Assembly (NCBI GenBank): GCA_002633005.1
Contig: NMRA01000252.1
Span: 403,646 to 467,645, forward strand
Reading direction: 5' to 3'
DNA: 64,000 nucleotides
Origin: Phoronis australis
Taxonomy: Eukaryota; Animalia; Phoronida
Notes under the pieces: generated by a model
The model's input: the letters and a program-made list of their open reading frames with translations, nothing else
Told to the model about the DNA's origin: nothing
Database searches by the model: none
Position numbers and translations under genes: made by a program
Shown: positions 50,577-63,528 of the stretch, one piece after another
Position numbering within the stretch: position 1 is the stretch's first letter
How the letters are laid out: each line of letters opens with the position of its first letter

Positions 50577-53322
50577 AACCTCAGTCCAAACATAACTTAA
50601 GAGATAGGCTCTGCATTGTTTTGAAGAAGAAGATGTCACTGTTTAAATTTGCGTTTTCCGTTACGCCTTCTTTCGGTGGCTAAAAGGGAAATTCGGATAT
50701 GGCGGCCTGTCACGAGGATCCTTATCGTGACGAGATTTACCTTCCGATACTAACCAGAATGCAGAAACCATCAAAAACCAGAACACGCTTCAGGGTTTAT
50801 TAGGGTTGACCAACCCTGGTTGGGAAATGACACATGTACGCATTGCTGGTGATCTGTGACTGAGTGACTAAGGACATGCTATTCTACCTGCGTAAGGGAT
50901 TCTGTGAGAGTAAAAGGCTTAGTTCAAGTCAAACGGGGTAAAATGCAATTTGAAAGAACGTTTTGTCGTTGGAATTTGAATTTCGTCACTCTAAATACCT
51001 TGAAGTTGTTCGTACCTACGAGCGTGTGAAGTAGGCATTGGAGTCGTTGTGTACAAAAAGATAGAAGAAAACTTCTCAGAATTTTTGCAAGTAATTATGT
51101 CGTATTCGAGTTTTGGTTTCATCACACTTTTCTCTTTGATTCCGGCTTAGTTCCTTCGCGTACTCCACACTTCGGGAAGGTAAAAAGTTTTATAGCACCA
51201 GTATTCCAGTGTAGCAAAGCTAGCTCACGTGTACACGTAAGTTCAATAACCGACGGCAGACTCCCTGCTTCATGGCATTAGCGGGATTTGTTCGCCCCTT
51301 GGCGATATCCCAGATCCACCCGTGTAGACTGCCCACTGGTGGCCTTTACAATAGATCTTCATTGGGTCTTGGTAATAGTCCTAACTGGAAATGAATAATA
51401 CTTACGATTAAATTTAGACTTTTAACAACGCAACTTGTCAACACCTGTTTAAACAAGTTAACTTGACTTCAAACTTTTACTTTTTTGAGACGTAAATTGT
51501 GTCGGATGTAGACGATTACACTTGGTAATTTTATCCAGGCTATGACGCTGGCGGATTGATGCTACAGAAAACGAAGCCCCCTAGCGGTAACAAGTATTCG
51601 AAAGCCAACATTATCTCCACCGGAGCCAATTGCTTGCGGGGGCACTGGACAACGCTCAGTGGGTTTCACCTAACTGAACACGCATCTATAGACTTGCCTT
51701 CTTTTTTTTTACTCTGTGGAAAACCGTATACAACAGCTCTACATATACAGACCAGCACAGAACTCTATTGGGTCTTGTATTTTGGTTCCTACCCCTTCAA
51801 TGAAAGGAGAAAAGGCGAAAAAATACAAAATTGGAGCATTTTAACCCCTAATCACCATATCTTTGCCGATGCACAACATGCAACTGAAACCCAACGTTAT
51901 ATTCTGAAAGAAAATTTCCAACAGATTCCGAAAAGTGGTCCAAAAGTATACTGTCAAGAAACTATTTTTGTAACTCAGGCTTGTTCGAGTACTATCTGAA
52001 ATCGCAGACGATTTCTCGATCGCCACCCAGCAATGCACAAATGCAACAGGGGACGCCATCTCTTGTCTCGTTGTGTAGATCCCTGTGGTTATTTGTCGCA
52101 GGAGATCTATAAGTACAAGTATCTCTCAAGTATACATGTATGCTGCGATCAGCTATCAGTCCCTTGACTTGCGCAAACACCATGATCAGTATTACCACGT
52201 GATGAGCTTTTCCAGACACGCGAACAACACCCCAATGTTTACAAAAAATAGTCAGAACGTCCTCAAATGAATAACATTTTTTTCTAAATGGATGTAAAGA
52301 ACTCGAAGTAAATGCAAATTAAGTTGTTTTAGAAATAGCACCAACGTTTCTTTTTAATAATAAATCTCTATGTCAGTCGATAAAATCGTATACGTGTAAA
52401 ATAACTTATTGTATATGAAAATGATTTATATATACTCGTAACCTTATGTCATTCTAATCCTAACATCAGTTTTTTAAAGTATGTATTTTTGTAAGATAAT
52501 TCTATATAAATTTATTTATAATTATTAAGCCAGATACAATGCCTCTTGGCGTTTTCCGAGTATGTATATTTATTGATCTGTATATTTGACAATAAAAATT
52601 AAAAAGCTATGAGCAAGTTGTCCATGAGAAGTGTCAACATCAAGCTTGTGGCATGAACTACTATCTGCAAAGCAAGAAATAGCTTTAAACGATTATTAGA
52701 GTTCTTCTCAGTGCCCAAAGTACGATTTAAGGCACAACTGTCAGATAGGAAGTTGATTAATGTTAATCAGTAAAGGTCCAAATTAGGAAAGGTCACAAAT
52801 GTAGGCAACATACGTGTCCTAATGTGTACAGGAAGCACAGCTATGACCTCGGTGGGAAACGGGCAAAAAGCCCGGCCCAACACAGGTACATGTAGCACTG
52901 AACGCTTTCATGTCGGGTAAAACCGGGCGCGAATCGCAATGCTTTCATGATACATTCATGCAGGCCCGTAGCCAGGGGGATGGAGGGTTCGATCGATCCC
53001 CACAAAAAGGTCCAGCCCCAGTCTATCTGTTAAAGATAGGATATAGATGGACAACAACAATTGTTGCAACTACTGGTACTACTAACAGCAACTAAGTTAG
53101 TATTAATTTTGAATTTGCTTCTTATTCAAAGCGCTTCACGTACATGTAGTCGTCAGACCGTACCTGGCTGCCATATTGTATTTCGTCCGAATGGTGTTTA
53201 CGTAGATGAGAGGATCGTGCAGACGACTAGGGGAGGCTCTATGTTATTCATTGAACGCGCGTGGTGGTTACAACACAGTAACAAGGGGGTCTAGAAGTAA
53301 ATGTCTATACCCTAGATAGGCT

Positions 53323-54527
53323 ATATAACAGCGAGAGAGCTCCCAAAAGGTGCTGTGTGAATGCCAAAAATCGACCAAGAAACAAAACAGCAGAAAGAAA
53401 TGTTATTTTGCTTTACTTGCTGGCATAGCAAGATAAAGTGCATTTTCAAATTTAGAATGTGATCGTCAAATATCTTGTTCATCTAGTGTCCAATTTGATT
53501 GTGGATTGTTGTATTGACAGTCATGCGTGTACACGTATGTGGGTTTCAACTCTTTTAAATTCAGTAGGCCTACACGCGGACGGTAAATTCACTATACGCA
53601 ATCCTCCGTCGTTACTCAAGACATTTAACTGTAAACCGAGTTTTTTTCGTCTTAGAAAACCCTGACGAGCATTTTCACATTAGTAGGAGAAAGTAGGTCT
53701 AGACCTGATAAAAATTTTGGTCAATGAAGAAAACCTTCTCTTGTCAATCAGTGTCAATAGAGCACATGTTGGCAGCCTTCATATTTGTATATGTACGAGC
53801 AACTAACTTGATGGAAAAAATTCCAACGATTGCATGTCACTTTCCCGAAGTTTCACTACTCCGAAGCTTTGAGTAGTGAACACAGCAGTGGCGGATCTAC
53901 GTTTTCAGTAAGAGGGCTTGATATTCGCGATTGGCGCGAATGCGAGGCGCGTAGCGCCGACGCGCGTAGCGCCGAGTTGGGGTTTTCCTCGCCCATGTAA
54001 GGAATTTTTTGTTTGTGTAGCAAAATAGTGCAATTTTAATCCAATCCTGGGAATTTGTGGCAGTTAATATGTCTGTGGGGGTTTTCTTAAGATACTTTAA
54101 AACTCCTCCAGATTTCGTCTCATCAACTGGGCTCATGATTTCATTAATTCTGTGCACATCTGTGTATGAGTCATGCCACGAGCAAGATTTTAGTTGAAAC
54201 TACTATCTACACATAGGCGCATTTAGGGGGGGGGGGGGNNNNNNNNNNNNNNNNNNNNNNNNNNNNNNNNNNNNNNNNNNNNNNNNNNNNNNNNNNNNNN
54301 NNNNNNNNNNNNNNNNNNNNNNNNNNNNNNNNNNNNNNNNNNNNNNNNNNNNNNNNNNNNNNNNNNNNNNNNNNNNNNNNNNNNNNNNNNNNNNNNNNNN
54401 NNNNNNNNNNNNNNNNNNNNNNNNNNNNNNNNNNNNNNNNNNNNNNNNNNNNNNNNNNNNNNNNNNNNNNNNNNNNNNNNNNNNNNNNNNNNNNNNNNNN
54501 NNNNNNNNNNNNNNNNNNNNNNNNNNN

Positions 54528-54591
<64 letters not shown>

Positions 54592-57490
54592 CAGCGAGAG
54601 AGCTCCCAAAAGGTGCTGTGTGAATGCCAAAAATCGACCAAGAAACAAAATAGCAGAAAAAATGCTATTTTGTTATACTTGCTGGCATAGCAAGGTAAAG
54701 TGCATTTTCAAATTTAGAATATGATCGTCAAATATCTTGTTCATCTTGTGTCCAATTTGATTGTGGATTGTTGTATTGACAGTCATGCGTGTACACGTAC
54801 AGTGTATGTGGGTTTCAACTCCTTTAAATTCAGTAGGCCTACACGCGGACGGTAAATTCACTATACGCAGTCCTCCGTCGTTACTCAAGACATTTAACTG
54901 TAAACCGAGTTTTCACATTAGTAGGAGAAAGTAGGTCTAGACCTGATAAAAATTTTGGTCAATGAAGAAAACCTTCTCTTGTCAATCAGTGTCAATAGAG
55001 CACATGTTGGCAGCCTTCATATTTGTATATGTACGAGCAACTAACTTGATGGAAAAAATTCCCACGATTGCATGTCACTTTTCCGAAGTTTCACTACTCC
55101 GAAGCTTTGAGTAGTGAACACAGCAGTGGTGGATCTACGTTTTCAGTAAGAGGGCTTGGTATTCGCGCCAAGCGCGAATACGAGGCGCGTAGCGCCGAGT
55201 TGGGGTTTTCCTCGCCCACGTAAGGAAATTTTTGTTTGTGTAGCCAAATAGTGCAATTTTCATCGATTCCTGGGAATTTGTGGCAGTTAACATGTCTCTG
55301 GGGGTTTTCTTAAGATCCTTTAAAACTCCTCCAGATTTCGTCTCATCAACTGGGCCCATGATTTCATTAATTCTGTGCACATCTGTGTATGAGTCATGCC
55401 ACGAGCAAGATTTTAGTTGAAACTACTACTATCTAAACGCACCGATTTTTAGCATACGAACCTACGAAAAGTCTCATACGAAAAACTGTAGTCTGCATAC
55501 ACATGGGCGGCGAGCCAAAGGGGACTGGGGGCTTTAGTACCTCCACACAATTCTTTCAGTACTGCGCCGCCCATGAACAGTGGTTTAGATCACAACCAAG
55601 TGTTCAAGAGCAGAAGGACCCTCCACGGCCACGTAAGAAAACAACACGTGATTATCGGATGATCACGTGACAACAGCCACTAGTTGCTTGAGAACAAACA
55701 CCGGCACTGTCGTGCCCGGAAATAAACAAGATGTTCTGTCTCGTCACGAGAAAACTGACGAAAGATGGTGTTCTCAGCGCATAGTCTATTATTAAGAGAC
55801 AATAAACACTTAAGTATGGCTTTTTAAAGCTAAATCACGTTGCTTGTTGGGCTACCGTGTGTCGTAACAATTGAAAAACGTATCACCTGACAACGTAAAT
55901 CACGGAATCAAAAAATACTGTACACCACAATGAAAAAAATATTCAAGATCAGTTCGCCTAGAGATCAGAACTATACTGAGATACACAAATAAGGTGGCGT
56001 GGGGGGTCGCGAGACCGAAAGTACACTATGCAAAGTATCTGAATTGAAAACTGCACCCTAGACATTTTTTGATCCCCAGTGGTTGCTCATACGCGTATTT
56101 TATGCATCTCGGCATTACTCGTAGACAAATCTTGGCCCACTTTCATTTAGACAAGATAGACTTGCAGAACACATGCCTTGGGTTGTTCTAGAGAAAGCAC
56201 TTTAGTTGTCAGCAATGCATTACATTGTTTCGTAATGGTCACCAGTGATAACCTAGCAACGCCTTCATTCGACATAGTAGCACCCAAATGTGTCTTCACA
56301 TGCTTTAGCACAGAAAACGATCTCTCTGCACCGCAGGGACCAATAGAGACTAAACACATCAATATCCGCTCCCTGAAGTTTGGAAAGATGCCGTCTGCGT
56401 GCTTAAGTNCCCCCCACTTCAGTGCTATGCGCATCTACAATCGTGGTTCAGTTTGCACAAATGCGTACAGCCGGACAAAAAGTTGGGCTCCCCCTTGTGA
56501 TATCCTAGATCCGCCGCTGTACACGCACCGATTTTTAGCATACGAGCGTACGAAAAGTCTCATACGAAAAAATGAGGTCTGCATACACATGGGCGGCGAG
56601 CCAAAGGGGGCTGGGGCTTTAGTACCCCCACACACTTCTTTCAGTACTGCGCCGCCCATGAACAGTGGTTTAGATCACAACCAAGTGTTCAAGAGCATAA
56701 GGAGCCCCCACGGCCACGTAAGAAAACAACACGTGATTATCGGATGATCACGTGACAACAGCCACTAGTTGCTTGAGATCAAACACCGACAATGTCGTGC
56801 CCGGAAATAAACAAGATGTTCTGTCTCGTTACGAGAAAACTGACGAAAGATGGTGTTCTCAGCGCATAGTCTATTATTAAAAGAGACAATAAACACTTAG
56901 GTATGGCTTTTTAAAGCTAAATCACGTTGCTTGTTGGGCTACCGTGTGTCGTAATAATTGAAAAACGTATCACCTGACAACGTAAATCACGGAATCAAAA
57001 AATACTGTACACCATAATGAAAAAAATATTCAAGATCAGTTCGCCTAGAGATCAGAATTATACTGAGATACACAAATAAGGTGGCGTGGTGGGTCGCGAG
57101 ACCAAAAGTACACTATGCAAAGTATCTGAATTGAAAACTGCACCCTAGACATTTTTTGACCCCCTGTGGTTGCTCATACGCGTATTTTATGCATCTCGGC
57201 ATTACTCGTAGACAAATCTTAGCCCACTTTCATTTAGACAAGATAGACTTGCAGAAAACATGCCTTGGGTTGTTCTAGAGAAAGCGCTTTAGTTGTCAGC
57301 AATGCATTACATTGTTTCGTAATGGTCACCAGTGATAACCTAGCAACGCCTTCATTCGACATAATAGCACCCAAATGTGTCTTCACATGCTTTAGCACAG
57401 AAAACGATCTCTCCGCACCGCAGGGACCAATAGAGACTAAACACATCCGCTCCCTGAAGTTTGGAAAGATGCCGTCTGCGTGCTTAAGTG
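53323..57490. repeat. Near-identical duplicated blocks (53323-54210 vs 54587-55435; 55436-56408 vs 56520-57490) bounded by Ns
   Basis: Alignable by eye with scattered substitutions and small indels. Confidence 0.9.
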
Positions 57491-58510
57491 TGGATCGCAA
57501 ATTACTGTTACTTGGCAATTCCTCTCAACTTCGAGCATTTCCAAAAGACCCCCAGCGTCGGAGATCTGGCTGAAATATAAGCAAAGATATTGATACTTTT
57601 ATGGTTCTACCATTAGGCCTACAGAGGTCAAACCGTAATTTAATAGAATACATGACTGGTTGCTCGTAAATGCGTCGTAGAATTACTCGCCATCAGGAAT
57701 TTGTTAATGGCAAGTCTTTGTCACAGAAATGGAGCCAAACCTCCAGTGAACCCAAGTCTGCATCCCTCATACCGGTGATGGCACAAAAAATGACAGCTTT
57801 CATCTGCCTGTTGGCTTTTGAAAACCTGGTGGTTAGCTAATGTCAGAGGTTGACTAGGAAAGGTAGCAATACTCACTAGAAGAAAGAAGTATTGGCAACT
57901 AATCTAACAACGCACTATGTGACATAAAATTTTGGATGTAATGCTTATAAAGAGCTAAGTGGAAATACAAACTAGAATCAGTTTGTGTGCGTACGTATAC
58001 CGTTTGTTTTACTGGGTAAATATGTTATGTCCGAAAATAATTTCTATTTCGCTTCCATTGTACACAAACACCAAATTTAAAAGTAAGTCAGAAAACCGAC
58101 TTTTTCACAAAATGTGCAGTATTTTAATGTATTACTTGAGTGTTTCTGCATGAACGTTCGCAATTTGCTTCTGGTGTCTGGACTGCCGAAGAATCTGAAT
58201 ATGCGATGCAATGTTCACAGCTATGGATTGTGCATTCAACCTAGCCATCTTGTATGTTTGTTCTTAATACTTGCACGTCGTCAACTGCTGTGTCAATTAG
58301 CTTGTAGGTCTCAACAATGTCATTATCTCGTTTTTGCAGCTTGGCAATCAGCACCTTGAGTTTGTCACGTCCATTCAAATGAGTTTCAAGCGTAACTATA
58401 GTTGCCCATTCATCATAGACTGCTTCAATCTTGCGCTTTTGTCGAAGACGATGTATCCAATTGGCATCTCTTGCATTTTCCGAATAAACGTTCCAATGTC
58501 TAAACACTTG
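53887..58510 (-). mobile_element. Degenerate hAT transposon (transposase pseudogene; partly doubled by assembly)
   Basis: hAT C-terminal dimerisation motif IFPN...CGAERSFSVLKHVKTHLGATMSNEGVARLSLVTI at 56147-56434 and 57234-57518; upstream fragment KLQKRDNDIVETYKLID at 58241-58507; terminus CAGTGGCGGATCTAC at 53887. Confidence 0.8.
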
Positions 58511-59387
58511 AAACCCCGAAGTTGTAACATTACATAAACGCCCATAGGCATGGACGTTTCATTGGGTGGGCCTTTTTGCGGAAATTAACGGTATAGAAGA
58601 CGGCCGTGATACTTATTGCGGGTAGGAAGACGGTCAGTGCTGAGGTAAGAACCAGGGCTCCTAGGAGGGCTACTGAACACCTCGCGAGTCCTACAAGACC
58701 TTGCTGAGAGAGTACAACCCACGTGCTATTTCTGGTACTGTACAATGTCTCTCTTGACGATAATGGCTGAATTTTCAGATGTATCGATAGGAAAATTTCT
58801 GTAGTGAAAGAGAATCTAACAGAAATGGTACAAAAACTACATTTTTAACAAAAACACAAATGCGCTGAAGATTTTTTTAGAACTTCCTTTTGTCCTTGTT
58901 GTTCGGTACTATACATCCAACCTGGCACAAGTCCAGCACATTGATACTGAGATGGAGGACTGGTTTGCAAATAGCGATATCTATTTTCTTCAAATGGAGT
59001 CATTACATACATGTATACTGAGTCTTAAACCAAAGTGTAAGAGGCAGATCTGTACCGTTTGCCATATACTTCTCGAGTAATAAACACACATACAACTGTA
59101 CTGACGTGTTTGGACTGGTCATGGAGAGTACGGCGTTGTCATGCCAACCAAAATAGGCCAAAAGAGTCCCCGACAAGGCGTACTTTATGAAATCCTTTAC
59201 TTAGTTACACATGACTTGTTGCAATGAATGTGTCAGCATGCAATCAATGAAAGAGTAGCCGTTGAATGTCACTTTAATTGATAGGGTGCCTTTACTGACT
59301 ATGTTCCAGAGTTTTCACTCACAACGAGAAACTTTCACTGTCATTTTTTTACATTTGTCCTTGTTTGACAAAATGTTTGTGTTTGAG

Positions 59388-59688
59388 AACCACCATGTAA
59401 CAATAGACAACACCCATGTAACCATAGACAACCACCATGTATGTAGAAGATCGCCTGTGTTGTAGGACCTCACAAGATAATGGTGAGGTAAATGAGTTTG
59501 GTACAGAATTATTAGATTTTTGTCAAAGAAATGAGATAAGAATTCTGAATGGAAGAGTAGGGAAAGATACAGACATTGGTAGTGTAACATGTGTAACTTA
59601 TAATGGATCTAGTGTTGTTGATTATGTCATGATGAGCAGGGATTTATTGTACTGTGTGGACGGTTTTGAAATCGGTGAAATATGTGAN

Positions 59689-59779
<91 letters not shown>

Positions 59780-59843
59780 AACCATAGACAACCCCCATGT
59801 AACCATAGACAACCACCATGTAATCATTGACAACAGCCATGTA
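59388..59843. repeat. 21-bp minisatellite (gtaaccatagacaaccaccat) split by a LINE fragment and (TA)n
   Basis: Units at 59388-59440 and 59777-59843; (TA)n at 59689-59776. Confidence 0.85.
59440..59687 (+). mobile_element. LINE APE-endonuclease fragment
   Basis: RTSQD..VNEFGTELLDFC...IRILNGR......TC...NGSSVVDYVMMS is the characteristic non-LTR endonuclease C-terminal motif set. Confidence 0.85.
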
Positions 59844-60099
59844 ATGCAACGTACATGAGAAAGGTAGTTGATTTTTGTAATTTGTAGTTTAAGTTATATT
59901 ATATTTTATGACACCTACTCTCAAAATATATGTATGCAATTATCATATTCGAGTTTTGCATGACTGTCCAAACTCGTCATGAGCAACTGACTGTGCAGTT
60001 TTGCATCGAGCCGGTGGTGTTTTCAACTTATTGCTATTGTATGCATGGACACCTGCAGAAAGTAACTCATTGCTTTACATATAAACTAGTAACGTGATA

Positions 60100-61450
60100 A
60101 AAATTGTCAACTGCTTTCGAAATCACGGCCAAAAACTTGCTGTCCGACTCAAGGCGCAGACAATACTGTATCTCTCAGAAATATCTGAGATGTGTTGCTT
60201 TCTACGACGTAAAGCACGTAAATTTCCCATCACTGAAGTTCAAACATTACTGAACCGACTGTTGCAACGACTTCGAACTGGAGGAAATACATATAAGAAA
60301 GACCGCAAGGATTGGCGCGCTAATGACTCATTACACCGATTTCCACTTCTGGCATGCAGAACTGCCCATCTTCTTGAATTTCTCCAATGCCAGTTTACAG
60401 CCCTTCTTAGTGAGACAAAGTCTTTTAATGTTAGTGACAAATTGCCACATATTTTGTGTATACGTCCTTTCAACTCCAAGCGCAAGGGTGCCATGGCCCC
60501 CTAAAATTCTCCCAGATACCATTTGGCTGTCCGGGGTACGAATTGCTGACTAGCATATGTGCACACCCAACGGGGCTCTGGGGTGAATACACAATTCATA
60601 GGCCTTGAACACACCCCTTTTACCTTTTTTGGTAATAAGGTCCACAAACGCAAAAATTCGAGACCCTGCATCCCTACATTTTAGGCTGGGCGCGCGCATG
60701 TGGCGAAATTCTGGGTATTCTTGTGCCCTGCCCCCCAAATCAAAATTCTGGATACGCCCCTGCAGATGGGGTGGGGATTTGTTAAAATATTTGCCTCTAA
60801 TGGTCTGCAGTTGTAACAAATTTCTCAGTTCCATTATTGTTTAAGTCTTCGTTGTCCATCCTTCATATTTTGGTTCTTCTTCGTAGTCGAACAGGTCAAT
60901 GTCTTCTTGCCGTCAAAGCTCAATTGACATGCACTGGCTTTTTGGAGCGTTACATGTACCAACAAGTTCATGAATAATTCCAGGAGTTATAGACTTGTCC
61001 AATTTGACGTAGGCAGTTGCTTAACGTTTGGCATGGCAAATTTTATTTTCGATTCTAATGGATCTGCACCAGATTTCATTCCGATATGCTTGAACCCTCA
61101 AATGATCTCTAAATCTTTCCGTGGAAAAGTTTTGTCCGATTCGCCAAATCATGAATTTCGTTGGAGTACCTCAGTGTTACGGTCATATCGAAGGTAACAA
61201 TTCTGACACATCTAAAACATTAAGAAAGCTAAGAGGAACGTGCCATCTGCCATCACCTTACTCAACTTGACCCTGGTGCATGACTTCCCTAATGTTTTCA
61301 AAACATCAATCACGCGTGGTGTACCACCACATATATCTTTTACTGCAATGCAATCTCGTTCTAAATCTGTCTCTACATGCTTTCGTACTCTTCGCTCGGT
61401 GTATTCTTCATCTTTTCCTTCTCGTTCTACTTTTGACCTCTTCGTAAATT
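60100..61450 (-). pseudogene. Fragmented transposase-like coding relic, family unassigned
   Basis: Colinear minus-strand pieces across frameshifts: GTF..AFLMF, RYSNEIH...KLFHGK, DPLESKIKFAMPNVKQL, QLSFDGKK, DIDLFDYEEEP, IKRL...LEKFKKMG. Reminiscent (from recall only) of repetitive uncharacterised mollusc proteins; interrupted by MITEs at 60555-60763. Confidence 0.45.
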
Positions 61451-61891
61451 AACTCTTGTGATCAAACTCTTTTTCTCTTATAGATGTAATTGTTTGAACT
61501 GGTTTCGCACCTCTCCTCCAGAACAGTGTTGGGAATGCACCCATATATGTTTACTCTGAAACATTCCAAACAGCTGTGTTCGTGCAATGTTAGATATCTA
61601 ATCCTTATTACTTGATCGCCGTGATCTGCGATGACGTGGCCAACTACTTCAGCATTGTGATCTGTGGCAATACAAAGTATTAGCACATGTTTTTTACATC
61701 AAATTCACTCTATCCAAAAAGGTTATTGACAATGGCCTGACACTTCTTATATGTGTTCTTACTTTAATACACCATTTTCAAATACATTCAATCTTTTTCA
61801 AGTCACTCATCTGAGTACAGTTATCGAGAACTAATTCTTAAACAGCTCAAGATGAGTTCGTACATGTATACTTTTCAAAAATCTACTCATG

Positions 61892-62000
61892 ACGAGTCCG
61901 TACAGTTGGCTCAGGCGAGTCCGTACAGTTGGCTCAGACGAGTCCGTACAGTTGGCTCAGGCGAGTCCGTACAGTTGGCTCAGACGAGTCCGTACAGTTG
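61892..62000. repeat. ~22-bp minisatellite (cgagtccgtacagttggctcag) x~5
   Basis: Direct reading. Confidence 0.9.
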
Positions 62001-62178
62001 TTTGTCTGACTGCCTAATTTTACACTTTCCATATCGTGGTTGACCGAGCAGAGTTTTAGCTGAAACTTTTGTAGCGCACTCACCTCTTCATAAACTATTA
62101 CTTACAGTACCTTGTACGCTATCTAACGTATTAAATCGACTGCATAACGACATAGTGCATCATTTTATAGCAAACTTT

Positions 62179-62865
62179 AGAGGCGGATCTAGGATATCAT
62201 AAGGGGAGCCCAACATTTTGTGTCGGGCAAATGCGCAAAGCACGAGTGCATGTGCTCACCCAGCCTGAAATATGAATGGGCTCGAATTTCTGGACCTTCT
62301 ACTAAAATACAAAAGGAGGACTAAAACTAAAAATGGGAAAACGATTGTGAAGGTTGGTGCACCTCGACTGACACTTGCAATCGGGTCTGAGCCCCCTCCC
62401 CTTTAAGCCGCATGTTAATTACGCTGTCAGTGGCGGATCTAGGATACCACAAGGGGGGGCAACATGTTGCATTGGAGAATTGTTCAAAGTGCGACTGTAT
62501 GTGCACTGGCGGCTTGAATGTTGCGGGGGCCGGGGATGTGGACTTTGTGTTCAGAAAATCCATCGATGGACTAAAAAAACGAGAACACGATTCCGCCGCG
62601 ACCCTCATACTGAACTCAATATTCCCTCACGCTTCACGTTGTTGCTGTTTCATTTAGCTTGCGGCAACGAAGGGAGGAAGGAGAGAATCCAGGAGTTGGG
62701 GGTGGCAGGGCAGTGTTTTAGTCAGGATTTTGCCCGTCAGACATTCGTACCCCCGAACTGCCAAATGGAATTTGGGAGAAGTTTAGGGGGAGGCATGGCT
62801 TCCTTGGTCCCCCTCTAAATCCGCCACTGGGGCCCCCTTGCTCCCCCCCCCCAAATCCGCCTATG
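62179..62865. mobile_element. Nested cluster of CAGTGGCGGATCTAG-family MITEs
   Basis: Left ends at about 62179 and 62428; right ends at about 62829 and 62864. Confidence 0.75.
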
Positions 62866-63160
62866 GCAGCCTGGGGGAGGGGGTTGAACACCCTATGAAC
62901 TTTCGCCGATATTCATGAATTTTTCACAGCACCACGGCTACAAAGTTGCACTGGCCGGTCTTTGCTGGTCACACTAACGTGAGAAGCTTTCAGCGCTTGC
63001 CTCGACTAGTAAGCTTTTGAGCAGAACTGCTTCTAATTACATGTAAAGATCGATTTCCACGCTTTAAAGACAATCTTGTTCGACTGGTGCTGTGTTCCTC
63101 ACATCAAATTGCTTATGACGACGCCGTAGTCATCATGACCAGTCCAAACACGTAGTACAG

Positions 63161-63528
63161 CTGTGGCGGATCTAGGATATCATAAGGATGCCCAAATTCT
63201 TGTCTCGGGCAATAGCACAAAGCACGATTGCAGGCACACAAGCAGCTTCCACGATAGGGGGCCTGGAATTTCAGAGGATGTGAGCCCGTTACTAAAAATA
63301 AACGGAGAACTAAAAAACAAAAAGCGGGAAAACCGTTGCGCCAGGAAAACCATTTCTGCCGTCGTCTGTTTCGTACACTTGCAAACGGGTCTGAGCTCCC
63401 CCCTAAGCCGTACGTTAATTGCCGATATCATTAACTCAATATTTCCTCGCGCTCCAACTGATTTGTTTTTTGCGGCAGCCAAGGGTGGGGCGGTCCCCGT
63501 GCCCCCCACCCCCTTAAATCCGCTTGTA
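63161..63528. mobile_element. MITE (CAGTGGCGGATCTAG family)
   Basis: ctgtggcggatctagg ... cttaaatccgcttgta. Confidence 0.72.

Noticed and set aside
51841-52270. ORFs containing IVCDF as a MAM exon
   Set aside because: Followed immediately by a stop, and the MAM CDS is complete without it.
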